DNA of 63,021 bases, counting the filler, from Dimorphilus gyrociliatus (Eukaryota; Animalia; Annelida): the NCBI GenBank assembly GCA_904063045.1. It is 6 parts of 6 records of this genome, joined end to end, with 100 filler letters (N's around TTAATTAATTAA, not from the genome) between each part and the next. Parts side by side here need not be neighbours in the genome. Positions count along the whole stretch, not along the records: positions 43,383 to 60,963 come from CAJFCJ010000161.1; 5 more parts are not named here. One strand, given 5' to 3'. Position numbers and translations under genes: made by a program. This document shows positions 43,591-58,012 of the stretch, in pieces (the first letter of the stretch is position 1; each line of letters begins with the position of its first letter). The notes below the pieces were generated by a model. That model had not been told where the DNA came from, searched no databases, and saw only the letters and a list, made by a program, of their open reading frames with translations.

Positions 43591-43956
43591 TCAAGTGAAT
43601 TGAATTGACTTTTGAATAACAATACAGTTCAAAAAACAAAACAGAACTTTTAGATTTATTAAATTATCAAACAACATTTCTGTATTCTTCAAAGGGAAAC
43701 TGGTACAATTTAAATGTAACTCTTCCACCTCACTCAATGGCCATAGAGCTTTCTCTTCTATAGGTAAAAGTTTCAAATTACTCAAATAGATGTATCTCAA
43801 ACATTTTATTCCAGAGAATATTCTATCATTAATGACCTTCACCTTGATAAATGACAAATCAATTGAATAGAGTTGATTTAGACCAAGGAGTTTGGAGGGT
43901 AGCGTAATATTGCTAAAAGGATATGTTTTAAAGCTCAAATACTGTAATACAGTCAT
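43591..43956 (-). pseudogene. Extracellular-type LRR fragment
   Basis: LNQLYSIDLSFIKVKVINDRIFSGIKCLRYIYLSNLKLL...LFDNLINLKVL LRR pattern; flanking frames are disrupted. Confidence 0.55.
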
Positions 43957-46071
43957 ATTTCAGTTGAGAATAACATCCAAATGAACCAAATGAAATAGAA
44001 AACCTAACCCTTCTCCAAAACCATCTGATACTAATTTTTCTTTCAATTTGGAGTTTATCAAGAGCACGGGATAACAGATAAAATAGTTAATGAGGAAGAA
44101 CACATTTCAGATTTTTCTAATGAATTTGCAATGTCAACAGAAATTCCAGAAACAGTACCTGACGTTTACAATACAGAGTGCAGTCTTTTCATTTGGCTAG
44201 TAGACAGATGTTGTAATGTGACCAAACATGTTCTCTTGGAAAAGTCTTGGCAAATGTTGCAAAGAAACAGATTATTTCCTATTTAATGCAATTATCATAT
44301 AGAATAAGGCCATCTGTTATAAAAATGAATTTAAACTTGCCTTTACTACATTTCTTTTGAATCATTATCAAATGGTTGCAAACTTGGCATTTTTCTTTAT
44401 GCTGTCCTCCAGCCATTTTTTCCTTGCATTTGTAGCAATACCCCATTATCTATAAACAAGAAGTGAAAGTTATCAAAATAAGGCTGCTCAAAATTTTCAA
44501 AAACCTGATTTAATTAATGATAATCTTACCTTAAATTGATAAAAATGTAAAAGATCTATCCAGAGATATCAAATTTTTTTATTATTGCTACTTTTTGCAA
44601 TTAAACTTAGTAAATATCTTTTACAGATAGTATTTTAACAAAACTATTCGTTTTAAAGGAACCAAAAACTGGAAAACATAAACAGGAAATAGTTCCTTAA
44701 CAAAATAGCAGATCTACTATGCATAATTTTTATAATCACAAAAGTTTAAAACAATTACTAACCATAATTATCAATACCAATTTTCAATTCCATGGACAAT
44801 TTCTCTTGTGGACGTGTTCTCCTGCACCTTCTTCATGTCATAGAAGAAAATATAAAAAATCTATATATACTGGCTCCAGCAAAAAGTACTTTCCAACCTC
44901 GGACCATTTTCAACCCATCTCTGGCTGTTTTCTATCATATTCTTTCCATGTGATCTTCTCAGGTGCTTGGATCCAGATTCAAATGAATAGAATGAAAATT
45001 GTGAGGATTTATATACTCTGAGGTTTACATCTGATATTCAATCACTAGTTTACAGTTGCCAAACTGTCTAGTTCATATTTATCTTTAGTAATACAATGTT
45101 ACAAGGTTCAACATTTAGAAAGGTTAATAGAATTAAAACTTGGCCAAACATTATTTGGTTATACTTTGTTGTGTTGTGATCGTAAGAAATTTCTTTCTCG
45201 TCCCAACTGTATTCATCAGTACCGCTCATTTAATATTACGCCAGAGTACTGGTCCAAATAGAACCATAAGTTCGTGCACAAGTATAAGCAAATAAATAAT
45301 ATTCGTCCAAGGTATTTTTATAGGTTTTGAAAGAAAAGTATATAAGTTGCATAAATAATATAGCTAAAGCATAAAATATAAGAACCAAATTTCTAGATTA
45401 GACAATTGACTATTAAGTAATTGGTTTGTAATCAGTTGTGTTCAAACTAAGGGTTACAAATAATAAAGTAGTAAAAACAAGATCCGTGGCTGGATTAGGG
45501 TAAAACTAAAAAACTGGGCATTTTCAACAACATTCCTAAAAATGTAGCATTGATTATCCAAGTGTTTTTTAATATAACATAATAAATCTGAAAATTTTTC
45601 CTTGGTATTTAATTGAGCTTTTATTTTATTAAATTCTTTGGGATGATATCAGTAGGCAAAAATGGTAAAATCATTCCAAGTTTCATTTCAGTCCACTGTC
45701 CCATATATATTTATTATAGTCAGATGAATATTCCAATTACTACAAAATTTTGTATATAATTATGGCAAAGGCCAATAAAAAATTTTAATGAATATTTGAA
45801 TATTTCTAAAACTTCCTTGAGTCAAATGAAACAGAAAAACTTAAACTTCAGTTTCTGGAAATATTTTTTACACTTTCCAATCAACTTGCAGCCCTTTTCA
45901 ACTGTAGCCTTTCTTAATTTGTAGAAATATCCACAAACAAATATATATTACCATATTTTTGCATTATCTCTCAGTGTTTTTTTTATGCTTTATCCTTAAG
46001 ATGATAGTAAACTCAGAGATTATCACCCACAAGAAAGAAATACTTCTGTATATAAAAAGGATCCCATTTTT

Positions 46072-46560
46072 ATGTCTTTTCTTGTAGAAGAAAAAAAAAT
46101 TGATTGTGAATACAAATTGGATAATTTGGAATTATTTTTTGATCAACATCTTGCTACTTTAGAGACTGAAGATTTTATAAATTTATTAAGAAACCATGAA
46201 AGCTGGGCAGAGCACAAAAGGCAACTTTTGACCAATGTTCAAAATACCTGGAATGAATTCAAAATTTCCTTAAAGGAGCAAGTGAAAAGAAAATTTCAAA
46301 CAATTCACCAATTTCCATTTTTAAACAATAACAAAAACAGAGTAAATTTGAAGGATATTACAATCCCAATTAACTTTATTATGCTAAAAAGGGTCAGAGT
46401 GTTGTACATATGATGGTATTCAGTTTAATGAAATAATTGAAAATGGTAATGACAGAATTCTAATACAAGGTGATTCTGGAATAGGAAAAACTCATCATTT
46501 CATGCAAGTTTTGTATTCATGGGCAACTGAAAATACTATTCTACAAGAATATTTAAAAAG
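46072..46560 (+). pseudogene. NLR-type NACHT/P-loop NTPase N-terminal fragment, frameshifted and truncated
   Basis: After the track ORF (…VNLKDITIPI…), a shifted frame reads FNEIIENGNDRILIQGDSGIGKTHHFMQVLYSWA, with Walker A at 46469-46492. Confidence 0.65.
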
Positions 46561-46918
46561 GAAAAGATGAAATTATAGGGAATGAATAAGAATTATCTGA
46601 TTATTACATTTATTTGTAAAAATTTTATATGCTCACATGCATAAGTGAACTGCAGCATATACATTACATATAATAGCATTATGCTAATCTAGAACACAAT
46701 GCTATTGTTAAGTAATCATATTAAATAGTATTGAGTTAAGTCTATGGTTTTCTAAAAGAGCATCTATATCAAACTGAAGTGCACATATTTCAAAATTTTT
46801 TTTATATTTTATACTTAAAATTTCACATTCTTATAAAATTTAAGAATTTAATAAAAAAAATATTTTGAAATATTTTAAACTGAAACTAAAAATAAAAAAA
46901 TTCATGTTCAATAAAAAA

Positions 46919-48725
46919 ATGGCGACCTTACAATATTTTATGAATCAAGAAGCTTTTAATTGTGGAATTTGTTTAGATTCCAGGATAGGGAATGATCCTA
47001 GGATATTTCCTTGTCAACATACCTTTTGTTTCAAATGTGTACAAGGATTACCAGTTCAAAATCATCAAATTACCTGTCCTGTTTGCAGAAAACAGGTCAA
47101 AATACCTTCTGGCCACTTTGATCAACTAGAAAAAAATCGACCTGAACATTCAATAGAAAGACAAGAAAAGACTGAAAACATTTGCGAAAAACATGGTAAG
47201 GAGTTATCAATGTATTGCGAAACACATAGTATTGAAAATTTATGTATTTTGTGTTTGGATGAAAATCATGAAAAATGCTCAACATTTTCAATGATCAAAT
47301 TAGCAAAATTAAAAGAAAAACTGAATAAAATCTTAATACACGACCAGGAAGATACAATAAAAATTTTATCAGAAATTGATGACTACGAAAGGAAAGCTAT
47401 AAATAAATTGAAATTGGAATTTCAATATATAAGACATAATTTTTTTCAGTTAAAGGATTTAAGAAATGATTTTTTTAAAACATTTATAAACAAAAGTGAC
47501 AAATTAAAAAGTCTTTTGGAAACATCCTTAAAAATAAGTTTAGAAATCTTTGATAGGATACAAACAAATTACATTGTTCATCACAATTTGGATAAAATAG
47601 AAAAAAATGATATAGAAGATTTTGATAAGTTTCAAATGACAAAATTTTTAAAGCTAAAACAGTATTTTGAACATGAAAACAATAAAATTGTTGAAGTCTT
47701 TGAACAGAATAGTACTGATGAGAAAGTAAGTGATTTGGCTGAATCGATAGAATCAGGACAACAAGTAACAAGTGTAAGCTTTCCTGAATCTAACTTGAAT
47801 GAAAAGCACTGTTGGAAAATTGGACGTCTCATAAAGGATTCTTCAAAAATTGAAATATTAAACCTACAAGGAAATATAAATATGGGAAATGGGATGTTTA
47901 ATGTTTGTGAAGCACTTCAGAAATCATCAAATACACTGAAAAAGCTTTACTTACATACATGTAAATTGAATGAAGAACAAATTAAAAATCTGGGAAATTG
48001 CTTAAAAAATTGTTCTAATATAGAAGTTTTAAGCTTATCTCATAATGAAAGAATTGGTAAAGTAAGCTTTAATTTTTGTGAAGCACTTACAAAGTCATCA
48101 AATACATTGAAAAAGCTTTACTTACAAGTATGTAAATTGAATGAAGAACAAATTAAAAATCTGGAAAATTGCTTAAAAAATTGTTTAATATAGAAGTTTT
48201 ACAGTTATCACTTAATTCTGAAATTGGTAATGGAAGCTTTAATTTTTTTGAAGCACTCCAAAAATCTTCAAATACACTGAAAGAGCTTTACTTACAATCA
48301 TGTAATTTGAATGAAAAACAAATTAAAAATCTGGGAAATTGCTTAAAAATTGTTCTAATATAGAAGTTTTAAGCTTATCTCATGATGAAAGAATTGGTAA
48401 AGTAAGCTTTAATTTTTGTGAAGCACTTCCAAAATCATCAAATACATTGAAAAAGCTAAACTTAGAATCATGTAATTTGAATGAAGAACAAAGTAATAAT
48501 CTGGGAAATTACTTAAAAAACTGCTCAAATATTGAGATATTGGACTTGAGCAAAAATACTGACATGGGAAATGGATTATTTAATATTTGTGAAGCATATC
48601 AAGAATCTTCAAAGGCAATGAAATCTTTGCACTTGCACTCATGTAAATTGAATAAAGAAAAAATGAAAAATATTAGAAATTTCTTAAGAAATTGTTCTAA
48701 TATAGAAGTTTTAGGGGATAAATGA
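46919..48725 (+). CDS. RING-B-box-coiled-coil protein with C-terminal RI/NLR-type LRRs; frameshifts at about 48185 and 48345; ends at a MULE-like terminus
   Basis: RING CGIC...PCQHTFCFKC...CPVCR; B-box CEKH...YC..H...C..C...H..C. A 56-aa (168-bp) tandem LRR unit IEVLSLSHNERIG...LKKLYL..CKLNEEQIKNLGNCLKNCS. Confidence 0.8.
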
Positions 48726-49880
48726 AAACGCCAACTGTTGAAAATGTCCTCTATTGAAAACGCCCACTGTGTTTGTTTTAATTGCCCACTGTGTTTATTG
48801 AAATTGCCATATTAATCTTAACTATTACATTAAAACTATATAAGATGCATAATTGAATTTGAAATGATAATGCTTTATATCGAAATAATAGAGAAAGTGT
48901 AAAAAAATAGCTTTTACATTTGTATTGAAAAATGTAATCAAATTGTTAAGAGTAAAAAGACTAAAGGCAAACATGTTTATACTTGATAAATTGCTGAACA
49001 TTTTTCCAAAAGCTCACTATCACAAAAATATCATCATTTTGAAACTCATCCCAAACTTCATAAATTTTCTTTTGAATGTTAACATAGATTTTTTTCTGCA
49101 TTCTAAAAATCTTTTTTCTGAGAGTGGCTTTTGATAAACATCTACTAGATCACTTTCTCTCTTTTATTCATCCACAAAGCAATGAAAAGAAGAATTTTCT
49201 TGTAAATTTCTATTGAATTTGTTGTGGAAGCCTACCAAGTCATTATTTGTTCAAATAGCTCTCTTAAACACAGATCAATTATTTGGATCTGATTATTTGG
49301 ATGCAGAGATTATTATAAATCCATGTTTCTTCCATGTATTTAACAATGTCATTTGTCAATCTCAGTTAAACTTCTTTTAATCTTTTAAAAGTGATGTTTT
49401 ATCATATTACCAGGAAGAAATGCAAGAGCTAACATCATTTTCATTGCATACCACTCTCCATTTTTGTTTTTGTAGTCTCTACTATATCCAAGCTCCTATT
49501 GTTTTTCAATACTAAAAATTTCCAAATTCTATTTTAAATCAGTACCTTGATTTTTCTAAATACAGCCTGAGACCAATGAAACAGACATCTATTTATTTCT
49601 GCATTTTCCCAAACAGACAAAATTGCTTTCCAAATTGCCTTTTCAAAATCAATTACAAATTTTTTTGGCTGATAATCATTTGTTAATTCACAACTTGTCT
49701 ACAAAAATTCAGAATCAATATAGAGATATATAAGAAAACTTTTTAATTGTACTTGAAATAATAGTTCATATGCTTTTTTCTTTTTTGAAGACATAAACAC
49801 AGTTAATAGTGGTACTTGCTTCAAGGCAACATTTTTTTCAGAGGATATTTGTATCAAAGGATTATGAGCATATTTGAAAT
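48714..49880 (-). mobile_element. Mutator transposon remnant (subterminal tandem repeats + transposase exon)
   Basis: Repeats of TTGAAAACGCCCACTG at 48720-48810. The minus strand encodes DFEKAIWKA and RCLFHWSQAVFRKI (MULE CxxH). A similar inverted terminus lies at about 53745-53793, without a matching TSD. Confidence 0.7.
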
Positions 49881-50823
49881 ACCATCAAGAAACCATGTTT
49901 TAGTCAAGGAAAGAAGTTCAATTTGCCTATATATGCAAAAACCATTTTCATTCTTTTCTTTTGTTATAATCTTGTAGAGAGTGTTGTTGGCAGATTTCTT
50001 GTATAGTTGAAAAGTTTGCAGGTTGGTTGTCAAGGTCACGAGATCTAATTGGTTAATAAAGGTAAATAGAATTATGGAGTAAGAATGGGATTTTGGGTTA
50101 AGATTAGTAGAGCAACAAACATTGAGCCTTTTTTTAAAAGGTTAAACAAAGCAACAAATGATAGTTTTGGCAATTTACCAATTTGGAACTAGAGGGAGAA
50201 AATAAAGAGAAATAAATAAATCTTTTCTTCATTTAAATAACTATTTTCTGTGTACAAGTATCTATCTTCTCCAAAGATGAGAGAATTTTTTGAGTATGTA
50301 ATATACTTTGCTGAATCATCAAAAAACAAAAAATAACAATTGAGTATGAAAAAAGAAAATGTCTTTAATGCAGTCTATCTAACCAGAATTGCTATTGCAT
50401 AGTCTTACTATAGAATGTAATCCATCATAATTCAACATTTTGCAAAAATTATTAGTATATTTAACATTCAATTATAATTGGACAATGAAATATTTATTCT
50501 GCAAAATTGTGCAGTAGACTTTTAAAATTCCTTTGACTTCAAGAAAGAAAATAGCTAGCAACTGCTTGGAAAATAAAGCAAAATTCAGGCATAAAGATCC
50601 CAAAAAGAATCATACAAAGGATTTTGTTTTGTTTGCCTCTATCAACAATGGCTAAAAGAGCCAAAATAGCTCTATTAAATGAATGTGTCCAATCACCAAA
50701 GTGATTGGATGAATGATTGGAAAGGAAGATTATTAATAAAGCAGTTGATTATTTGAAAAGTTTAGAATTTTTTAAAGAGAGGTCTCCTTTCAGTCATATT
50801 CATTGTTATATAACTGTGTTTCT

Positions 50824-51026
50824 GGGGGGTTGACAGAAATCGTCCACAAATGAGAAATTTCAAGACAAATATTCGGATTGAGAAATGGTTAGGAAGAAGA
50901 AAACAGCAACTGATTTGTACTTAGGAGGGTCTCCCCTAAGGGTTAGGGGTAATGGAAAAGGTTAGTTACAGCTAAGGGCTGGGTTAGGGTAAAAGCAATC
51001 ATTTATGGATGTTTTCTGTTGTATCT
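50824..51026. mobile_element. Mutator-type MITE family copy
   Basis: GACAGAAATCGTCCACAAAT...GGGTTAGGG...ATTTATGGATGTTTTCTG; no exact TSD seen. Confidence 0.7.
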
Positions 51027-53868
51027 GTTTTCAGGTATAAGATGTTGAAATATTTTTTAAATAGGTCTTCAAAAACACTAGATTATTTGTAAAAGTATCC
51101 AACTTCAATATACTGATATAAGAATAAGTAAATAATTTAGCAAAAATAAAACACAATTACTTCACTTTCTTTTAATAGGGATTTTAAAACTCTACAAGAT
51201 TGTAAAAGTTCATTTTTAATTTAAAAAATAATATTTTAGTGTTCCTTTGACTGATACTGCACTCTAATGGACACACAGGGTAAAGTTGCACTCAAAGATA
51301 CAGGCATTTAGTAGTACAGCCTTTTGGGTTGAATTTTTTGTAATCTTGGTATATGATACTGAATTGTTGCAATACCTAAACTGGAATGCTAATGAGCTGT
51401 TTCAGGAGACTGGGAATGAATTCAGCTTGGACACAATATCTGCATCACCAACATCTGAAACAATGACCCCATCCAGAAGGCTGTTCAGTGAAAATTCCCA
51501 ATGTCTAGAATTGTATGCACAACATGTAAAATAAGGGGAAATTTGCAGGCCTCTTCCTTTTAAATGGCGCTGAGAAGGGAATACAAGATTTTATTTGAAA
51601 TGTTCCTAAAGCCTTGACACTTCATTTGTCTCTTACCTTGACTTTGCTCTTGCCTCCTAACCCCAAAAACAATAGGGAATCGGGGATGTAAATGAGCCTT
51701 CAGATGAATCCTTAAAAGAAAGTTTTTTCATCAGGGACCTCACTATCATGATCTACTCTTATATCATCATCATTAGGGTAACAATCTACTCAAGAAATAA
51801 GAAACATGAGCATTATTACAATCCCCATTCCTGTTAAACAAAGATATCAAGACTGTAATTTTGTGCAATAGGATCAGGCCCTACTAAAAACAGCCAATAA
51901 TCCAGCTATTACCTCAAAAAAAATGTTTAGGAGGGCTTATTGAATTAAAATATGGCTAGATCTGATCCATAATGAAAGTAGAAACAATAAGACAACTAAT
52001 TGAAATATAATTTGGCCAAGCCTTATTTCATTTTCTTACATAATTAAATTTAAGTGTAAAATATAATACAAACTGAAATTCATTGCTTTTTAAATGCTTT
52101 TCTATTGAAAATTTATAGTTGAAAAGAAATATTTAATTCAAAAAGGTTATTTTTTAAGATAAAACTGTTAAAAACGGAATAGTTGAAAAGAGAGAGAGAG
52201 ACATGTCTAAACTATTGTTTAGGAAGGGTATTTTCAAAACTATCCATAGCTGTGTATAGATATTTTAAATGGTTTTAATATATCATCAATATTAATCAGC
52301 CAACATTCTTCCTTGTTTCTTTCCATTTTTTTCCCTTTATTAACTTGTTTTCAACATCAATCAAAAAGATTTGGATCCAATTTTCCCATCAGATTGAACT
52401 TCTGAGTAAATAAATATATATATATATATATTAGTATATAAATATCAGAGAAACCTCAAAATATATGAATCAAAATCATCATATCTCAATCTAACAATCT
52501 AAGATTATCTAGAAATAACCCCTATTAGAACAAGCCTTCTACTCCTTAAAATTGAAAGAGAGTTTGATAATTTCGCTAAACACAATTATAAACTATCTAC
52601 TCTGCACTTGTATCCTACTAATGCTTGAATATTATTTTAAAAAACAACAATTGAAAATAAAACATTTGTCAAAAAACTTGGGTAGAACCAGTGCTGTTAT
52701 AACTTGCAAGTATTTAAATAGCCTCCAATAGATGTGAATATGGCATCTGTTGGTCAAGGATAACTGCTCAAGATAGTTATACCCAAATAATGATTATCAA
52801 AATAATTGTTTCCAGACTCGTGATTGGTATGCAAGCAAAAATCGTTGTATGACTACAAAATGTAATATTAAAGATATAGGAAGTCAATTGTCAAGAAGTC
52901 TTTAGTGTAGATTTCACTCTTCAGAGTTTTTTATATACATTTCACCTTTGTTTGTTGTGTTTTCTCTTCCTTTCTAACAGATTTTCATATTTCTATTTTA
53001 ATGCTGAAATAAGCTGATATGCTAAGCTTTACTAAATAGCTACTTTGAATTGCTAATAATAATTTTTAATATGTAAAAACTTATATCCTGCAGGAAAAAT
53101 TATCAAGAAATTCCTTGTCTTTTAAAATCCAGTTTTGATAATTATACCTCGAAAAAAAGAATTAGTTAAAAATGAGTCACCATTTATTTAATCAACAATG
53201 ATTTCATTTTTTAAAATGGTTGTGTAGTTTTTTTCTCTTTTTACTTTCATTTTCACATATTTCAAAAAGTATGGTGTAATTTTCTTGTTTCAGAATTTTT
53301 AATATTATTAAATGTATAAATGTGAGATGTTTAGTGAGTTAAACCAAGGCTACACAGCAAAAGAAATAAGAATAGCAATAAATTCAGTGATTTAAGATAA
53401 AATCAAGAAAGAAAACAATGAACAGAGATCGAAGAAAATGTAAAGAATAACCTTAATATTCTTGAAGATTTGAACATACATTTTAGCTCGAGAAAAAAGA
53501 TATTTTGTCCAGTTAGAATATATTTCTTCTACAAGAAAGACACAATATAAAATGCTTTCTAGTAGTAGACTTAAAAGAATTTTTTATAAAAAGAAAGTAT
53601 TTTATTTATGAGTTTTAGCAATCATTTTTTACAATCTCTGTTTCAAAAAATAAATAATCTTTAGAATAAAAATTTATAACTGTATTTACAATTAAAGTTC
53701 TTTTATCAAAAACCAGAAATATTAGTTATATACAGTCTTTAAACACCACTGGGTGTTTTCAATAAGCACAGAGGGCGTTTTCAACAATATCCCATCTGCA
53801 TATACTGAAGCTAAATTTATAAACTGAATCAAACAATTATTATTATTAAAGTAGAATACAAAAATGGT

Positions 53869-53975
53869 GGACCCCCCTAACTACAAATCAATAAATGCTT
53901 TTTTCCTCCTAACCATTTCTTAACCCAAAATGCTGCCTTCAAATATCCTTCTTGGGGCCGTTTTCTGTTGATCCC
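53869..53975. mobile_element. Half-length MITE (107 bp) with 9-bp TSD AAAAATGGT
   Basis: Near-identical reverse complement of the left half of 9688-9895; TSD at 53860-53868 and 53976-53984. Confidence 0.8.
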
Positions 53976-54742
53976 AAAAATGGTTATATATACAATCTAC
54001 ATGTTTTCTTAATTGTTGGACTTGTCATATTAAAAATATTACATCTATCTCTCCAACCTTTAAAATTCAACAATTATTTAGAAGAAAAAAGAATAAAAAT
54101 TTGGGCATATTTACAACTTTTTTTGTCTTAAAATGTTACTTTTGTTTTTGTGAACATTTAAATTTGTCAACTTTCAACCCTTGAAAGAGTATGTAAACCC
54201 TATGGGCAATGAAAACAAATCAGATAATTTCGATTTTCTAAAAATTAGTAATGCCTAACTCTAAATCTTTGTTTAGAAACTAAAAACAAACTTTTTTTTT
54301 TTTTCAATAGAAACATTTCTATAATATTAAGATTTTTTTTTTATAATATTTAAAAACTTTACCACTATCATTTGCGGTTGGTTTTGTTGTTATTGATGGA
54401 TAAATTATTGTTTTCTCTGCTGTTTTTAAATCTTTAAATCCAGGAATATCTTTAAGATTTCTCCAAATTAGTAATTTAAATTTCACATATTGGACGTTTT
54501 TTTCTCCAACCAGTGGACATTTTCTCCAATCAGTGGACGTTTTCTCCATAATTCCTTATTATCATCCTCTTCCTTTGATGATTGATAATTAAATGACAAA
54601 CTATTTTGTCCAAAATCAAATACGGATATCGTTATTGTTAAATCTTAAAATCAAAAAATCGTGTTGACATTGATTATCCTTCTCTACTGGATACGCTTTA
54701 AATTTCAAAAATAATCTCTAAATGGAAGAGAAGAAGACTTTT

Positions 54743-55579
54743 TTAAAGATAAACCCTGATTTTATAAATAAGGAATTTTTCAACCCAACTTACCCTTCTT
54801 AAACCATTTTCAAGTATTAAATTATAGTTACAAGACCCATTCGGTCCATATTGACCATTCAACGATAAGGTATATTTTTTACTGTTGCAGCCCAATATGA
54901 TATTCTGTTCTGAACCGTTCCGACAATACAGTAATAGAGAATCAGAGTTTATTCGTTGAGTAGTGTTAGGTGTACTTGGATTAGTAGTTATTATTTCATC
55001 ATCCTCTTTCATCTTACTGCAATTGAACCATGCTTTCATCACAAATCCTTTCTTTACAATTCTCGAATCAGTAATGAATTTAATAGTCACAGGCTCAACA
55101 ACTTTTATCGAATAAGGCCTATGGAGTTGAACAATTCTATGGAGTGTTATACCATGCTACCATGAAACGTCCCCTGCAATATAATAATTTATAAACAATA
55201 GTCTTTTGGAAATTACAAAAGTTCTTACCTCCATTTCCACTTCCGCAGAAATGATGACGTATACTTCCGTTTTTGATAACTAATCTATCATCATGTACAT
55301 ATTATTTTACGATATAATGTAAACTTTACTAGAGCAGTCCAGCTTTCTCGTATCCTTTGAATGGTATTTGCATTTAATTCTTTCAATATTACCTGATCTT
55401 ATAGCTAGCAATTCTCGGTCAATTATCGGAATTCTAAATTTAGCTATCAAAGAGAATTTGGACCGAGTAAATAATCCATCAGTAACGTATCGAATAACCA
55501 CCGATCCATTTGGCTTTACTTTATAAACTTTGTTCAGTATAGGCTTGTCAATAGAGAATAAATCTGTCATTTCCGACAT
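54743..55579 (-). CDS. Exons of a probable CUB-domain protein, possibly degenerate
   Basis: VVIRYVTDGLFTRSKF and TIKFITDSRIVKKGF resemble the C-terminal F.SD.....GF strand of CUB domains; a Thr/Pro-rich linker follows. Confidence 0.45.
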
Positions 55580-55610
55580 CTGATTTCCGTCATCATATAA
55601 TATAATAATA

Positions 55611-55642
<32 letters not shown>

Positions 55643-57856
55643 ATCTACATTTGAATCAAAAAAAAAACATTTTTAATATCAAAGATTTTTGATTGAATTG
55701 ATTATTGAAAGGATAAATACTTGGTGGAGAATTTGAATGATAAACTAGGTCATCTAGAATTTAAAGAAATATTTTATTATTTCATCAAGAAAGAGAGAGA
55801 GAGAGAGAGAGAGATAGATAGTCTTACCGCATATATCATCAGCACCGTCCTCTAGAGTTTGTAGAATAGTGTGAAAACTGTTCGATTCGCAGGTTGTTAA
55901 TATACCTAACACGTTGTGCTATTTCAAAGAATGGAATCAATCAATGCCACTTTCGCTATTGGAAATGAAAGTGTATGATTATATAATAGTATTCATTATA
56001 TAACTACCAATTGGCTAAGGTTATCAAAAGGTCAATGATTGGCCCTTAACGGAGATTTTAATAAATTTATAAAAATAATCCTGTTTTGCATGGAAATGTA
56101 AAGTTTGTTGGATTGTCAACGCAAAGTGACCTAGTTAGCCTTGTACAAAGTTTCTCAGTTTCAAAAACCGGAAGCGAAAATCTTTAGATCATATCAAAAA
56201 TTAACAGCAGTAACTCTATAATAAACTGGTAGAAATAAATTTACTGACACAAATACAACATCTATTGGTTGACCTAAAAAGAATGGTATTCTTTTAGCAA
56301 TATTTCTTCTCTCTTGGGGAGTCAATGTTGCAAGAAGCATCTTCAACATTGGGGTGTCACCTACTAACGAACTAACAATACTTGATTGTGTTTTTCTCTT
56401 TGAGATCATCTAGTTCTGTATATTTTACATTACAGGGTTTATAGATATCTTTATTGTAACGCCCTCTAGTTATTAAAACTAGTATTTTAAGGAAAAACAA
56501 GTAAATGATCTGTAAGTTAAACTTTCATTAATAAATAATAAGGATATCAATAAACTAGGCTAAAAATATTGAAATGTTTTATTATTATTGTCCAACAACA
56601 AAAATAAGATGTATATTGAACGGCTCATTTCAAGAATTTTTCCAGTTGCAAATTGATAAATGTTCCCGCCTCGCCAATGTTATTCGCTTTACAATCATTG
56701 TTCAGAGTTATAATTAAATTTTGGGTGTTTAAATCCAATTTCAAAATTGTTTGGCGTCTCTAAAATAAATGAAGAGAAATATTGTTGCTGTTGTTTTGTT
56801 TTTTTTATAATTATTTATTTGGTATACTTTTTGAATAAGAGTAAAACATTCATTAAAGTTTTGAAGTGATAAATGAAGACAATGCAGTTGTTTTAAAGTA
56901 TTGAATATTTCTTGTGTAATTTCCTTCAAATTTTCAACATTTTCTAAATTGAAGTAAACAAGAGTATATTCTTTCCGCTTTCTAACATTTAATGAACCAT
57001 AGCTTAAGTATTGATTTGCAAACTTTACAACTATTTTAAAGTAAAAACTAGGTCAAGTTAATTCAAACAAATTGATAAAATATACTCAACAATAATGAGT
57101 GTAACTCTTCATAAGACTACTTTCTCTAAAATCAATATTATAAAAATAATTAATATTTGTTTAAAGAAGGTCATTTTAGGCCTAGAACACGTATTATGTA
57201 ATTTTAAGAAACGATTGATTTATACTTGGATAGGTCTAAACCAAAGGTTTCCTAAGCCTACTGTTGTAATCGTACCCAATCATCCCTTCCCGCAAAAATA
57301 GTAAAAGGAAAAATTCAACAAACTGTCTCTCCTTAATTTTCATTTTTGAGAAATTTTTGTAAGAAAGAGCCAAATATGCAACAGGATTAATCAGTGGACC
57401 AATAGGTAAGAGTAATACAAAAATATAGGCATATGCTTTGTCAGTTATAATAATTTTGTTGAAAACTGCAAGACAACCTTTAGAGACAAAAAAAAAACAA
57501 AAATAAATTGGCAGATATAATCAAACTGAGTTTGATTGGTATGTTTTTTTTTAAATACCAAGAGCTGATAGAAGCATAGAAGTTAATATTTTCAATACAG
57601 TTGTCATTGATATTGTTTGAAAAATACTTTTGAACAGTATCAGCTTTATATGGAATTTTAAATTTGATTGTCTTTTTATTAAAGAAAATTTATTTGTATA
57701 AATGAGGAAAAGAGATAAGATAAGGGGGATTGGTATTAGGGAAAATAGTATAAATGAGTATAACCAGCCTTCGTGTGTTTCATTGTTTAGGGTTAGTGGT
57801 AAACAGAATGTATATTTTGAATAATAACTCTGGGAAACAGTTGGAATTATTTATAA

Positions 57857-58004
57857 GGGATGGGGGTCGACAGAAAACATCCACAAATGAGACATTTCAA
57901 GGCTAAATGCGTTGGGAAGAGGAAGACAGCAATTGCTGGAGGGTCTTTCTCTAAGGGTTAGGGATAAAAACAGGGATTTGTGGACGTTTTCTCTCCTATA
58001 TCCC
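57857..58004. mobile_element. Mutator-type MITE family copy (shortened), in an intron of the GPCR gene
   Basis: GACAGAAAACATCCACAAAT / ATTTGTGGACGTTTTCT inverted repeats and an internal GGGTTAGGG. Confidence 0.65.
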
Positions 58005-58012
58005 TTTTAGTT

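Noticed and set aside
55600-55820. (TA)n and (GA)n tracts
   Set aside because: Ordinary microsatellites.
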